NCBI RefSeq assembly: GCF_000011325.1
Contig: NC_003450.3
Coordinates: 450,001 to 482,000 of the forward strand
DNA: 32,000 nt
Direction of reading: 5' to 3'
DNA from: Corynebacterium glutamicum ATCC 13032
GTDB taxonomy: Bacteria > Actinomycetota > Actinomycetes > Mycobacteriales > Mycobacteriaceae
Shown: positions 22,948 through 31,127 of the stretch, one piece after another
Numbering within the stretch: position 1 is the first letter of the stretch
Layout: every line of letters starts with the position of its first letter
Position numbers and translations under genes: made by a program
The notes under the pieces: generated by a model
Seen by the model: the letters and a program-made list of their open reading frames with translations, nothing else
What the model was told of the DNA's origin: nothing
The model's database searches: none

Positions 22948-23814
22948 ATGTGGGTTGGTTATGCGGTTCGACAGATCGCCAGTGTTTTTCTTACTCTTTT
23001 GCGCATGCTGCCACTAGCAGCGCGAAATCGAGTTGCCAGGGGACGCATCCCGGAAACCGGCGATGTGGTGATCTCATTGACCACCCATGGGAAGCGAATT
23101 AACTACGTTCACTTCACCATCGAATCGATCGCACGCGGCCATGTGAAAGCACCAATTGTGCTGTGGTTGGACAAACCAGACTTTGATGCGCCGTGGCCTG
23201 CCACCATTAAGCGACTTGTCGCCCGCGGTCTGCAAGTACGGTGCAGCGACGGCTTCTACGGCCCCCACACCAAATACTGGAACCAATTCCGAGAAATCCA
23301 CGGCACCGGCGTGCGTGTCGCCACCGTCGACGATGACATGATCTACCCCGAGTGGTTCCTGCAGCGCTTGCTTTTTATTGGCGACCTGCGCATGGATGCG
23401 GTTGTCGCCTACCGGGCGCACAGAATTGAGCTTCGCGACGACCGAATGCTCCCGTACGTTAAATGGAGTGCCGCAGACACCTCAAAAGCGTCATTCCTGC
23501 ACTTTGCCACGGGAGTGTCAGGCGTTTTGTACCCCGTGACCTTCATTGATTATGTGGTCTCCCAGGGCGATGTATTCCTTGAGAACTGCAAGCGCGCCGA
23601 TGACGTATGGCTGCATGCCTGCGCACTGCGCTCTGATCACCCTATTCGCCAGGTCTACGCTCAGCCCCGACACTTCGCTGTCGTGCCCACCACCCAAGTG
23701 GGAGCACTAGTTGTTGGCAACACCCTCATGGGTGGAAATGATGAGCAGATCGCCAAAGTGTACACCGATGAAGATGTGGCAAAACTAGTTGCAGCCAGCA
23801 AGAATGAAGACTAA
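22948..23814 (+). CDS. Putative glycosyltransferase
   Basis: 288-aa ORF with a GT-A-like N-terminus (VVISLTTHGKRINYV) and a DxD-like motif (ATVDDDMIYP). An alternative ATG lies at 23005. Its stop overlaps the menE stop (convergent, 4 bp). Confidence 0.6.
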   Translation: MWVGYAVRQIASVFLTLLRMLPLAARNRVARGRIPETGDVVISLTTHGKRINYVHFTIESIARGHVKAPIVLWLDKPDFDAPWPATIKRLVARGLQVRCSDGFYGPHTKYWNQFREIHGTGVRVATVDDDMIYPEWFLQRLLFIGDLRMDAVVAYRAHRIELRDDRMLPYVKWSAADTSKASFLHFATGVSGVLYPVTFIDYVVSQGDVFLENCKRADDVWLHACALRSDHPIRQVYAQPRHFAVVPTTQVGALVVGNTLMGGNDEQIAKVYTDEDVAKLVAASKNED

Positions 23815-24941
23815 AACAGCTTCGCGATAGCACGTCGATCAGCTTTTCCAGGACCAATGCTGGGCAAAGATTCCAGATGCTTCAGCCGTTTGGGAAGCTG
23901 CCAACGAGGTAGATCGTCGAGGCCTTCAATAACTTCAGACGGACTGATCGATCCGGAGTACGCGGCCACAATTGCTTGGCCTAATCGGGGATCGGGAATA
24001 CCCACAACACACGCCGCGGTGACACCTTTAATATCTGCGATGGCACGTTCCAGTACCTCTGGGTGCAACTTCAATCCACCGGAATCAATGACGGTATCCA
24101 CGCGACCAGTCACGGTGAGAATCCCGTCGTGGAGTTCACCTGAATCAGAGGTGGTAAACCAACCCTCGTTGGCGAAATCCGGATGTTCAGGTGCATTTCT
24201 GTAGCCCTGCGCAATCATCGGGCCACCCAACTCAATGCGCTCATCCGAAATACGGACTTTCGCGCCGGGAATGGGCTTGCCATCATAAACGCAGCCACCT
24301 GAAGTCTCTGAGGAGCCGTAGGTGGTGACAATGTTGATGTCTAGCTGCTCCGCAGAAATTCGGGCCTGCTTAGACAATGCAGCACCGCCAACAAGAATGA
24401 CATCAAAAAGTTTCAGGGCTTCAATGCCTTGCAAGGAGTCCATTGCTTTAAGTAACTGCATTGGAGTCAAGGATGTATAGACGCGGTCGCCGGTATTTTT
24501 CAGTTCTGCCGCGGCGCCTGCGAAAGCGTCAATGTGAAAACCTGTGCTGAGATCAATAGCTAGTGGCTCAACTCCAGCAATGAGGCTTCGAAGAAGCACC
24601 TGCATGCCTGCAATGTGGTGTGCTGGCATGGCAAGCAACCACTGGCCTTCGCCACCTAAAAACTGATGCGTAGCATCGGCGGAACTCACCAAATTCAACG
24701 GAGTGAGCTGAGCGCCCTTCGGGGTACCTGTAGAACCAGAAGTGGCCATCACCAAAGCGATCGAAGGATCGATGGCGAGGCCAACTCGTTGAGAATCGCG
24801 CAGCAACTGTGCACGGGTTTTATCTTGTACAGGGATGGGGAGGAAAGTTTTCTTCCCAGAGATTGCGTCCTCGAGATCTCCCAGAATTGCGGTGGGATCT
24901 GCAAGATCAACAGGTAGTGCTTCGAGGACGCGAGTATTCAT
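23811..24941 (-). CDS. menE: O-succinylbenzoate-CoA ligase (adenylate-forming enzyme)
   Basis: In frame with track ORF 23811..25136. I prefer the ATG at 24941 (MNTRVLEALPVDLADP...) because the longer form would overlap the DoxX gene. It has AMP-binding motifs (ATSGSTGTPKGAQLT; TYGSSETSGG). Confidence 0.85.
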   Translation of the reverse strand: MNTRVLEALPVDLADPTAILGDLEDAISGKKTFLPIPVQDKTRAQLLRDSQRVGLAIDPSIALVMATSGSTGTPKGAQLTPLNLVSSADATHQFLGGEGQWLLAMPAHHIAGMQVLLRSLIAGVEPLAIDLSTGFHIDAFAGAAAELKNTGDRVYTSLTPMQLLKAMDSLQGIEALKLFDVILVGGAALSKQARISAEQLDINIVTTYGSSETSGGCVYDGKPIPGAKVRISDERIELGGPMIAQGYRNAPEHPDFANEGWFTTSDSGELHDGILTVTGRVDTVIDSGGLKLHPEVLERAIADIKGVTAACVVGIPDPRLGQAIVAAYSGSISPSEVIEGLDDLPRWQLPKRLKHLESLPSIGPGKADRRAIAKLF

Positions 24942-24993
24942 ATTCCGAGATTCTAGTGCCGATGGTTCAGAATTCGGAGTTGTGGCGCTAGAT

Positions 24994-25407
24994 TTAGGCC
25001 TTGCGTTTTGCCAGAACCCCGTCGATGCTCCATGCACCTGCGCCAACTGCGATGAGAAGCAGCGCGCCAGCGCCGATTGCGCCGGTGAGTTCCCAACCAT
25101 TGTTGGTGACAAAGATGCCGGAGGAGACGTGCGCAAACAGTGCTGCGAAGAGCATGTCTATGGCAACGAAGGCGGCAACGATGCGGGTAAATACTCCTAG
25201 GATGATAAGGATTCCTCCTAGGAGCTCGACGACTGCAGCAGCTATTGCGGCGATGCCGGCTGCTGGGATGCCGAGTGAATCGAAGAAGCCGGTGACGCCT
25301 TCAAGTCCTGTGATGGCGAACTTGTCCCAGCCGTGGGCGATGAGGATGACGCCCAAGAGGATACGTGCGATGAGGAATGCAATTTCCCTGGTAGTTGACA
25401 TGGTCAC
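24994..25407 (-). CDS. DoxX family membrane protein
   Basis: 137-aa ORF with four hydrophobic helices and a DoxX-like N-terminus (ARILLGVILIAHGWDKF). Confidence 0.8.
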   Translation of the reverse strand: MTMSTTREIAFLIARILLGVILIAHGWDKFAITGLEGVTGFFDSLGIPAAGIAAIAAAVVELLGGILIILGVFTRIVAAFVAIDMLFAALFAHVSSGIFVTNNGWELTGAIGAGALLLIAVGAGAWSIDGVLAKRKA

Positions 25408-25485
25408 TAAAGCTAGAATGAATTAGTTTCCGTGTCAACTATTGGGGTTTCGTCGGAGCTTTCTGGCAAATGTAAAGACCAGCTA

Positions 25486-27048
25486 TTAACGGTCTATTTC
25501 CCGAGGTACAGCCCATTTATTCGCCTCAGAAACTGGATCTGGAAGCAGCTCAGCCGGGAAAGTTTGATAAGAAACCGGGCGCATAAATCTCTCGATTGCC
25601 AGGGTTCCAACACTTGTCGACTGCGCATTTGAGGTCGCCGGATAAGGGCCTCCATGGATAACCGTGTGCCCAACTTCCACACCCGTTGGCCAGCCGCCGT
25701 AAAGAACACGGCCCGCGAGATCCTCCAAGAGGGGGATAAGTTTCGAGACTTCCTGGAAATCATCCTGGGATGCGTGGATCGTGGCTGTTAATTGTCCCTC
25801 GAGTGAATTGGCTACTTGGTGGAGTTGATCCGGGGAATCATAACGCACCACCAGCGATGCCGCACCGAAGATTTCTTCCTGCAACACCACATTATTTAGC
25901 AACGCCTGCACATCACTTTCAAACACCACCGGGCCCGGCGCGTTCTCTCCATCTCCGGGGGTGCCTTGGGCGAGGATTTTTACACTTGGCTGTGCTGCAA
26001 GGTTGTCGACTCCGCGCTGCCATGCCTGAGCGATGCCTTGCGTGAGCATCGTTTGACCCGTGGTTTCTTTAAATTTGGCTGCTACGAGCGCCACAAAAGC
26101 ATCACCAACAACACCGCGCGGGATGAAAACGAGGCCAGGCTTGGTGCACAATTGCCCGGAACTGCCGGTGACGGAAGCGGTAAACGCCTCAGCCAAGGAA
26201 CTCGATGCATCCAAATCCGCCAGCGCGCCGGGGAAGACGAACACAGGGTTGGTGGCACTCATTTCTGCAAAGACTGGAACGGGAACTGGGCGGCTAAACG
26301 CAGTCTGTGACAGTGCCAAACCACCCTGGCGTGAACCGGTAAAACCGATTGCCGTGATATTCGGATCCGCAGCCAGCTCCTGGCCAATTTCCACGCCACG
26401 GCCGTAGACAAGGTTAAACACACCAGCATCAAACTCATGCTTTTCGACGGCTCCCCGCACCGCTTGCCCGACGAGCTCAGCTGTTCCAGGGTGCGCATTA
26501 TGCGCCTTAAAAACCACAGGGCAGCCTGCAGCCAACGCTGATGCTGTATCGCCACCAGCAGTAGAGAAAGCGACGGGGAAGTTGCTTGCCCCGAATACCG
26601 CGACTGGTCCCAACGGAACCTGACGCTGGCGAAGATCAATCCGCGGTCCTCGTTCAATGCGTACTCGGTGGAACTGTCCGCTTCTCACGGTTTCTGCAAA
26701 CAGGCGGAGCTGGTTGCTGGTGCGGGCTACTTCGCCTGTGAGTCGGGTAGTTCCCAAACCTGTCTCCAGGCTCGCCCGTTGCACGATCTCGCCGGATAGC
26801 GCATCGATGTTGTCAGCGATGGAATCCAGGAAATCTGCTCTAACCTCTGGAGTAGTGAGTCGGTAGCTTTCAAAAGCTCGCTTCGCCGATGTTGTGGCGG
26901 CGCGCAGCTGTGCGCTGTTTGCTAAAGAGTAGGAAGGGTTCAGACTCGCATTGGTGCGCGGATCGAATCCTGTAATCTCACCATTTTTTCCAGCGACCCA
27001 CTCGCCATCAATCAGTGAACACCCATGCAGTGCGGTTGCGGTGATCAT
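25486..27048 (-). CDS. NAD(P)+-dependent aldehyde dehydrogenase, probably 2,5-dioxovalerate (alpha-ketoglutarate semialdehyde) dehydrogenase
   Basis: 520-aa ORF with ALDH blocks (FTGSRQGG, a catalytic Cys context SSGQLCTKPG, and EMSATNP at the general-base position). Its ATG overlaps the stop of the KdgD-like gene (ATGA at 27045..27048). Confidence 0.85.
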   Translation of the reverse strand: MITATALHGCSLIDGEWVAGKNGEITGFDPRTNASLNPSYSLANSAQLRAATTSAKRAFESYRLTTPEVRADFLDSIADNIDALSGEIVQRASLETGLGTTRLTGEVARTSNQLRLFAETVRSGQFHRVRIERGPRIDLRQRQVPLGPVAVFGASNFPVAFSTAGGDTASALAAGCPVVFKAHNAHPGTAELVGQAVRGAVEKHEFDAGVFNLVYGRGVEIGQELAADPNITAIGFTGSRQGGLALSQTAFSRPVPVPVFAEMSATNPVFVFPGALADLDASSSLAEAFTASVTGSSGQLCTKPGLVFIPRGVVGDAFVALVAAKFKETTGQTMLTQGIAQAWQRGVDNLAAQPSVKILAQGTPGDGENAPGPVVFESDVQALLNNVVLQEEIFGAASLVVRYDSPDQLHQVANSLEGQLTATIHASQDDFQEVSKLIPLLEDLAGRVLYGGWPTGVEVGHTVIHGGPYPATSNAQSTSVGTLAIERFMRPVSYQTFPAELLPDPVSEANKWAVPREIDR

Positions 27049-27995
27049 GCTTTCACCTCAACTGGAAGGCGGTAGGAACCTGCGCCAGAGGTGGCAAGCA
27101 AATCCGACAGGTCCGCGATATCTTGCTCGGAAAGGTTACGCAGTGGTGGGCGAACGCCGCCAGCGTTGCGGCCAACAGCCTTGAGTCCGCCCTTAACAAT
27201 GGAGACACCGTAGCCTTGTGCGCGATCGCGGATATCCAAGTAGGGGAGCACAAAATCGCTCAGCTTCTGCTTTACTGCTGCGCTGTCCTGCGCACGAACA
27301 TCGGCGTAGAAGCTCAGTGCGAAATCTGGAATGAAGTTGAACATTGCAGAGGAGTAGGTGCTCATGCCCATCTGAAGCAGTGGTAGTGCAAAGGTCTCAG
27401 CGGTGGGAAGTCCACCGAGGTAGAACAGGCGATCTCCGCATAGCGTGGTGATCTTTGCTAGGTGCTCGATGTTTCCGGTGCCATCTTTAAATCCAATGAA
27501 GTTGGGGTAGCGCTCAGAGAGTCGAGCGATAACCTCTGGGGAGTAGATGGCATTGGCACGGTTGTACACGATGACACCAAGAGAAGTGGATTCACAGACT
27601 GCGGCTGCATGGTTGTACAGGCCTTCTGCGTCGCATTCGGTGAGGTAGGGAGGAAGCAGGAGGACACCTTCAGCGCCTGCTGCCTCTGCGCCCTGTGCGT
27701 TTGCGATGGCAGACTTAGTTGAGCCAGTAGCAGACCCCAACACGGGAACTTCCGGGCTGGACGCCTGAACTGCAAGTTGAGTGACACGGTGGTTTTCCTC
27801 AACGGTAAGGCTGAATCCTTCGCCAGTACCGCCAGCTGCGAAGAGGCCGGCGACTGGGTAGCTGGACTGCCATTCAATGTGCTCGACATAAGCAGCTTCA
27901 TCTACTTCGAGGTCATCTTGGAAAGCGGTGGCCGGGAAAGAGAGCAGTCCATCCTTGAGGTGGTCTGCGAGATCTTGTGGTGAAAAGCGTGCCAT
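27045..27995 (-). CDS. kdgD: 5-dehydro-4-deoxyglucarate dehydratase-like enzyme (DapA/NAL superfamily)
   Basis: 316-aa ORF with an N-terminus typical of KdgD (DGLLSFPATAFQDD...GLFAAGGTGEGFSL) and the RBS aaggag 5 nt upstream. A 2-keto-3-deoxy-pentonate dehydratase function cannot be excluded from the sequence alone. Confidence 0.8.
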   Translation of the reverse strand: MARFSPQDLADHLKDGLLSFPATAFQDDLEVDEAAYVEHIEWQSSYPVAGLFAAGGTGEGFSLTVEENHRVTQLAVQASSPEVPVLGSATGSTKSAIANAQGAEAAGAEGVLLLPPYLTECDAEGLYNHAAAVCESTSLGVIVYNRANAIYSPEVIARLSERYPNFIGFKDGTGNIEHLAKITTLCGDRLFYLGGLPTAETFALPLLQMGMSTYSSAMFNFIPDFALSFYADVRAQDSAAVKQKLSDFVLPYLDIRDRAQGYGVSIVKGGLKAVGRNAGGVRPPLRNLSEQDIADLSDLLATSGAGSYRLPVEVKA

Positions 27996-28088
27996 GAGGG
28001 CTCCTTGGGTGAGTGTTTTCTAAGACACTTTGGAGTCTAAGAGGAGCCAGTGATACCTGTCCAAGATTAGTTTGGCATGTTGAAATGC

Positions 28089-28973
28089 TTAAAAGGTATC
28101 GTCAATGTTTTTGATGAATTTCCGCACCGCAGGATTATCATTCGAGGTGGAATAAATAGCCTGCAGCTCCGCTAAACCAACAGGTAGATCATAAAAATGG
28201 CGATACTCAACACCGCTGTAATTGAGTTTTTTCGCAGACTCCGGAACCAGCGCAACACCCAGTCCAGAGGCCACCAGACTAACCATCGTGGTGATCTGGC
28301 TCAGCGTATGTTGCACCTGCGCATCATTGATCGTGAAGTTTCTAACAACGATGTCGTAGAGGTACTTCGCCTTGGTGGGAGAGTGCTGCAGAAAAGGAAC
28401 CCCAGTCAGATGCTTCCGCAACAGTGGTCGATTCTGATCAAGAAGTGGATGCCCCTTCGGAGCTGCAAGAACCAAGGAATCTGCCTGGAGACGTCGAGTT
28501 TGAAGACCCTCAACTGGCGAGCTCAATCGGCCAATGCCAAGATCCAGTAGCCCAGATTCCAAGGCGGCGATCTGCTCGGTGGAGACCATCTCAAAAAGAT
28601 CGACACTGACCCCCGGCATCTTCTCATGCAACTGATTCAACGTCGGGCCCAGAATGGAAAAACCCGCTGCAGCGGTGTATCCAATATTGAGCTGTCCCCA
28701 CATGCCAGAGCTAGCCAATCGTGCGCGCTCAGCCGCCTTCTCGGTGGAATTGAGAATGAGGCGAGCATCCTTCAAAAATGCGAAACCCGCAGTGGTCAGT
28801 TCCACCTTGCGGTTGTCACGATCAAGCAGGGTTGCACCGACGATCTTCTCCAGCTTTTGAATCTGACGACTCAACGGCGGCTGCGTCATGGATAGCTCTG
28901 CAGCAGCTTTTCCGAAATGAAGATGATTGGCGACGGCGACAAAACACCGCAACTGTTCAAGAGTGAACAACAA
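28089..28973 (-). CDS. LysR family transcriptional regulator
   Basis: 294-aa ORF with the N-terminal HTH LEQLRCFVAVANHLHFGKAAAELSMTQPPLSRQIQKLE. The start is TTG at 28973 or TTG at 28970. Confidence 0.9.
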   Translation of the reverse strand: MLFTLEQLRCFVAVANHLHFGKAAAELSMTQPPLSRQIQKLEKIVGATLLDRDNRKVELTTAGFAFLKDARLILNSTEKAAERARLASSGMWGQLNIGYTAAAGFSILGPTLNQLHEKMPGVSVDLFEMVSTEQIAALESGLLDLGIGRLSSPVEGLQTRRLQADSLVLAAPKGHPLLDQNRPLLRKHLTGVPFLQHSPTKAKYLYDIVVRNFTINDAQVQHTLSQITTMVSLVASGLGVALVPESAKKLNYSGVEYRHFYDLPVGLAELQAIYSTSNDNPAVRKFIKNIDDTF

Positions 28974-28985
28974 AACTCCAATTAA

Positions 28986-29303
28986 TTAATTGCGGGTGGG
29001 GAAGCCCTCAGCCTGCAGCTTTTTCTGAATTCGATCGATGTCTTCATCCTCAGGTGGCTGACTGTGAACATGCGTGATCAGCTTGCCGATTTTTTCACGC
29101 GTAATGGGATTATCGTGCAGCCCATTGTTCTCACCTTCCGCGATGAGAAGCTCTGCGAGCTCATTGAGATCTTCCTCAGTAAGTTCGCGCTCCAAAACGT
29201 AAAACAGAGCGAAAGTATCGTGCCGCGGAACACCGGTTGGATAACCTTGGCGGAGCCAATTGAGCGCTCGGCGAGCAAAGTTTGGGCTGTCGTTGTGGCT
29301 CAT
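28986..29303 (-). CDS. DUF3349-like small protein
   Basis: 105-aa ORF. LNWLRQGYPTGVPRHDTFALFYVL matches my recollection of the actinobacterial DUF3349 family. Its stop lies 12 nt before the LysR start. Confidence 0.7.
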   Translation of the reverse strand: MSHNDSPNFARRALNWLRQGYPTGVPRHDTFALFYVLERELTEEDLNELAELLIAEGENNGLHDNPITREKIGKLITHVHSQPPEDEDIDRIQKKLQAEGFPTRN

Positions 29304-29397
29304 GATTTAAGTTTAGGCCTGTGGGAAAAGAAAATCATTGAATTTCACTATTGATTAATCCGTGGGCTTTGGGGTTACTACAACTCACGACATAGCA

Positions 29398-29434
29398 ATG
29401 TCCCTCCCGCTTAACTTAAAAGCGGGAGAGACAT
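29398..29434 (-). terminator. Long hairpin immediately downstream of the amidohydrolase gene
   Basis: 15-bp inverted repeat with one mismatch, atgtccctcccgctt (29398..29412) with aagcgggagagacat (29420..29434), and a 7-nt loop. It lies 14 nt after the stop at 29449. There is no clear U-tract on the minus-strand RNA. Confidence 0.45.
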
Positions 29435-29448
29435 TTCGGGTCTTAAAA

Positions 29449-30201
29449 CTACTGGTCTCCGAGGTAGAACGCTGCAGCGTTGTTCCAGAAGACGTTGTCG
29501 ACATGATCTTCGCCAACCGTTTCAGCGATCAAATCTAGGTCAGCGTCTTCGAAAGGTCGCTTAGTGCGGGTGGATGGAAGATCAGTTCCGATCATCAAAG
29601 CAGTGGGATCGACAGCCATGATTGCCTGGATGACTTCAGTTGGATCTAGTTCTACCCGTCCGAATCCGGTTGCTTTGACTTTAATGCCATTTTCTACCAA
29701 GCGAAGAAGTGCGGGAAGTCCATCGCGGTGGAGCCCTAAGTGATCAATGCTGACAGCAGGGAGGGAGGCCAAGGTTGATTCCAACTCGTCTAGTTCGCGA
29801 GCATCCACATAGAGTTCGGTGTGCCAACCGGCTAGGTCGTGGACTCGGCGTGCCAAGGTCTCGAGATCGTCAAGACCTGCCGAACCACCGCGCTTCAAGT
29901 TTAAACGCACAGCCTTCACGCCAGCTTTGTCCAGATCAAGAATCTCCTGATCAGAGGTATCTGCGGGGATCTGAGTGACACCGACATAGCCTGGGCCAAG
30001 CACTGCGAGAGCATCTTTGAGGTAGCCCTGGTCGAAAGCCTGGAAAGAACCGGAAACAATCGCTCCGCCAGCAACTTCGAGGCCTTCAACACGCGCAGTG
30101 TAATCCTCCACGGTGAAAGGCTCGGGGAGGTAGCCGTTGTTTTCGATCAGTGGGTGCTGGGGATCGATGATATGGAAATGGGAATCAAACAACTTGGCCA
30201 T
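29449..30201 (-). CDS. Amidohydrolase-2 family TIM-barrel metal-dependent hydrolase (lactonase/LigI-like)
   Basis: 250-aa ORF with the N-terminal metal motif FDSHFHIID and a family-typical body. It starts 3 nt after the thioesterase stop. Confidence 0.8.
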   Translation of the reverse strand: MAKLFDSHFHIIDPQHPLIENNGYLPEPFTVEDYTARVEGLEVAGGAIVSGSFQAFDQGYLKDALAVLGPGYVGVTQIPADTSDQEILDLDKAGVKAVRLNLKRGGSAGLDDLETLARRVHDLAGWHTELYVDARELDELESTLASLPAVSIDHLGLHRDGLPALLRLVENGIKVKATGFGRVELDPTEVIQAIMAVDPTALMIGTDLPSTRTKRPFEDADLDLIAETVGEDHVDNVFWNNAAAFYLGDQ

Positions 30202-30204
30202 GAT

Positions 30205-30624
30205 TTAGTTTTCCTTAGGTGCTTCAGGCAGACGGGAGACAAACTTCTCACGGTTAACCACACCGCGCTGGTGGGTGCCGGTGCTGATGGTGGCGAACTC
30301 ATCAGCTGCAGTGATGTTGAAGGTAACTGCACGACGGTTGATCTCTGTCACCTCAACATCGATGGTGACCGTGGATCCAGGAACCGTTGGAGCTGCGTGG
30401 GAGAAGTTCACATGAGTGCCCAGCGAGATTTCACCGTCGTCCAAATGGGGACGCAGAAGTTCCATGCAGGCCCACTCGATGATGCCGACCATATATCCAG
30501 TGGCCAGGACATCTGGCATGGTTTCAAATTCTGCTGCTTCGGGAAGCAGATGCGGAACTGTGCGGTTTGCTGGCACTATGTAGGTCATTTGGTGGGTTAA
30601 ACCGGTGGTCAGTGTCTCTTTCAT
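30205..30624 (-). CDS. Hotdog-fold thioesterase, fluoroacetyl-CoA-thioesterase-like subfamily
   Basis: 139-aa ORF. The stretch TYIVPANRTVPHLLPEAAEFETMPDVLATGYMVGIIEWACMELL resembles the FlK-like thioesterase family (from memory). Confidence 0.7.
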   Translation of the reverse strand: MKETLTTGLTHQMTYIVPANRTVPHLLPEAAEFETMPDVLATGYMVGIIEWACMELLRPHLDDGEISLGTHVNFSHAAPTVPGSTVTIDVEVTEINRRAVTFNITAADEFATISTGTHQRGVVNREKFVSRLPEAPKEN

Positions 30625-31001
30625 GAGGACTCTCCTGAAGCGTTGCGTCGGATGTTAATAATTTCTGTTGCTGTTTGTTTTGCGTCCACGATGCCAGTGA
30701 TCTCGCCGGTGGTGATGGCACGGACGCTGGCGCCGTCGATAAGCAATGAAAAGAATGACCCGCACTTTGCTGGGTTCGCCAGGCCATCTTGAGCGGAAAG
30801 CTCGGTGAGCGTGTGGCGAATCCAGGTATTCGGTGATGTCCCATTTTCTGGTATCACTACGGCGTTAAAGAACTGCGGCGACCAGGCCGGATTCAGCCAC
30901 GACCCGGTCGACTCAGATCGCGCAGAGTCCTTCGGCGTAGAACAGCCGAGTGGCTTCGGAGAGGATTTTCTCTCCGCTTGTCGAGTACACGCCATCACCA
31001 T
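30621..31001 (-). pseudogene. Decayed TetR-family regulator remnant; the 126-aa track ORF is probably a composite reading
   Basis: A different minus-strand frame starting at the GTG at 30990 reads VYSTSGEKILSEATRLFYAEGLCAI-TGA-VDRVVAESGLVAAVL-TAA. This is a TetR HTH-like N-terminus interrupted by in-frame stops at 30915..30913 and 30864..30862. The C-terminal part of the track ORF (SFFSLLIDGASVRAITTGEITGIVDAKQTATEIINI) resembles a TetR C-terminal end. The whole locus is about 370-380 nt, too short for a TetR protein. Confidence 0.5.
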
Positions 31002-31061
31002 AACTTACAGGTCAGTAAAGCATCTTGCTTTTGGAAAAACTTCTCATATAGGTCTCTGGAA

Positions 31062-31097
31062 TGACAAAAACCAGGCCCCTTTGAAGAGACCTGGTTT
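31062..31097 (-). terminator. Rho-independent terminator after the small membrane-protein gene
   Basis: On the minus-strand RNA, aaaccaggucuc-uucaaa-ggggccugguuu forms a 12-bp stem (including two G.U pairs) followed by UUUUUG. It lies 30 nt downstream of the stop at 31128. Confidence 0.6.
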
Positions 31098-31127
31098 GGA
31101 GAAAGTTGTTATTCGCAGCTGGTGCTT

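Noticed and set aside
24942-25136. 65-codon N-terminal extension of menE (the track ORF runs to 25136)
   Set aside because: It would overlap the 3' end of the DoxX gene by about 140 nt. It is Ser/Pro/Ala-rich and unlike adenylate-forming enzymes. MNTRVLEAL at 24941 gives a normal MenE N-terminus.
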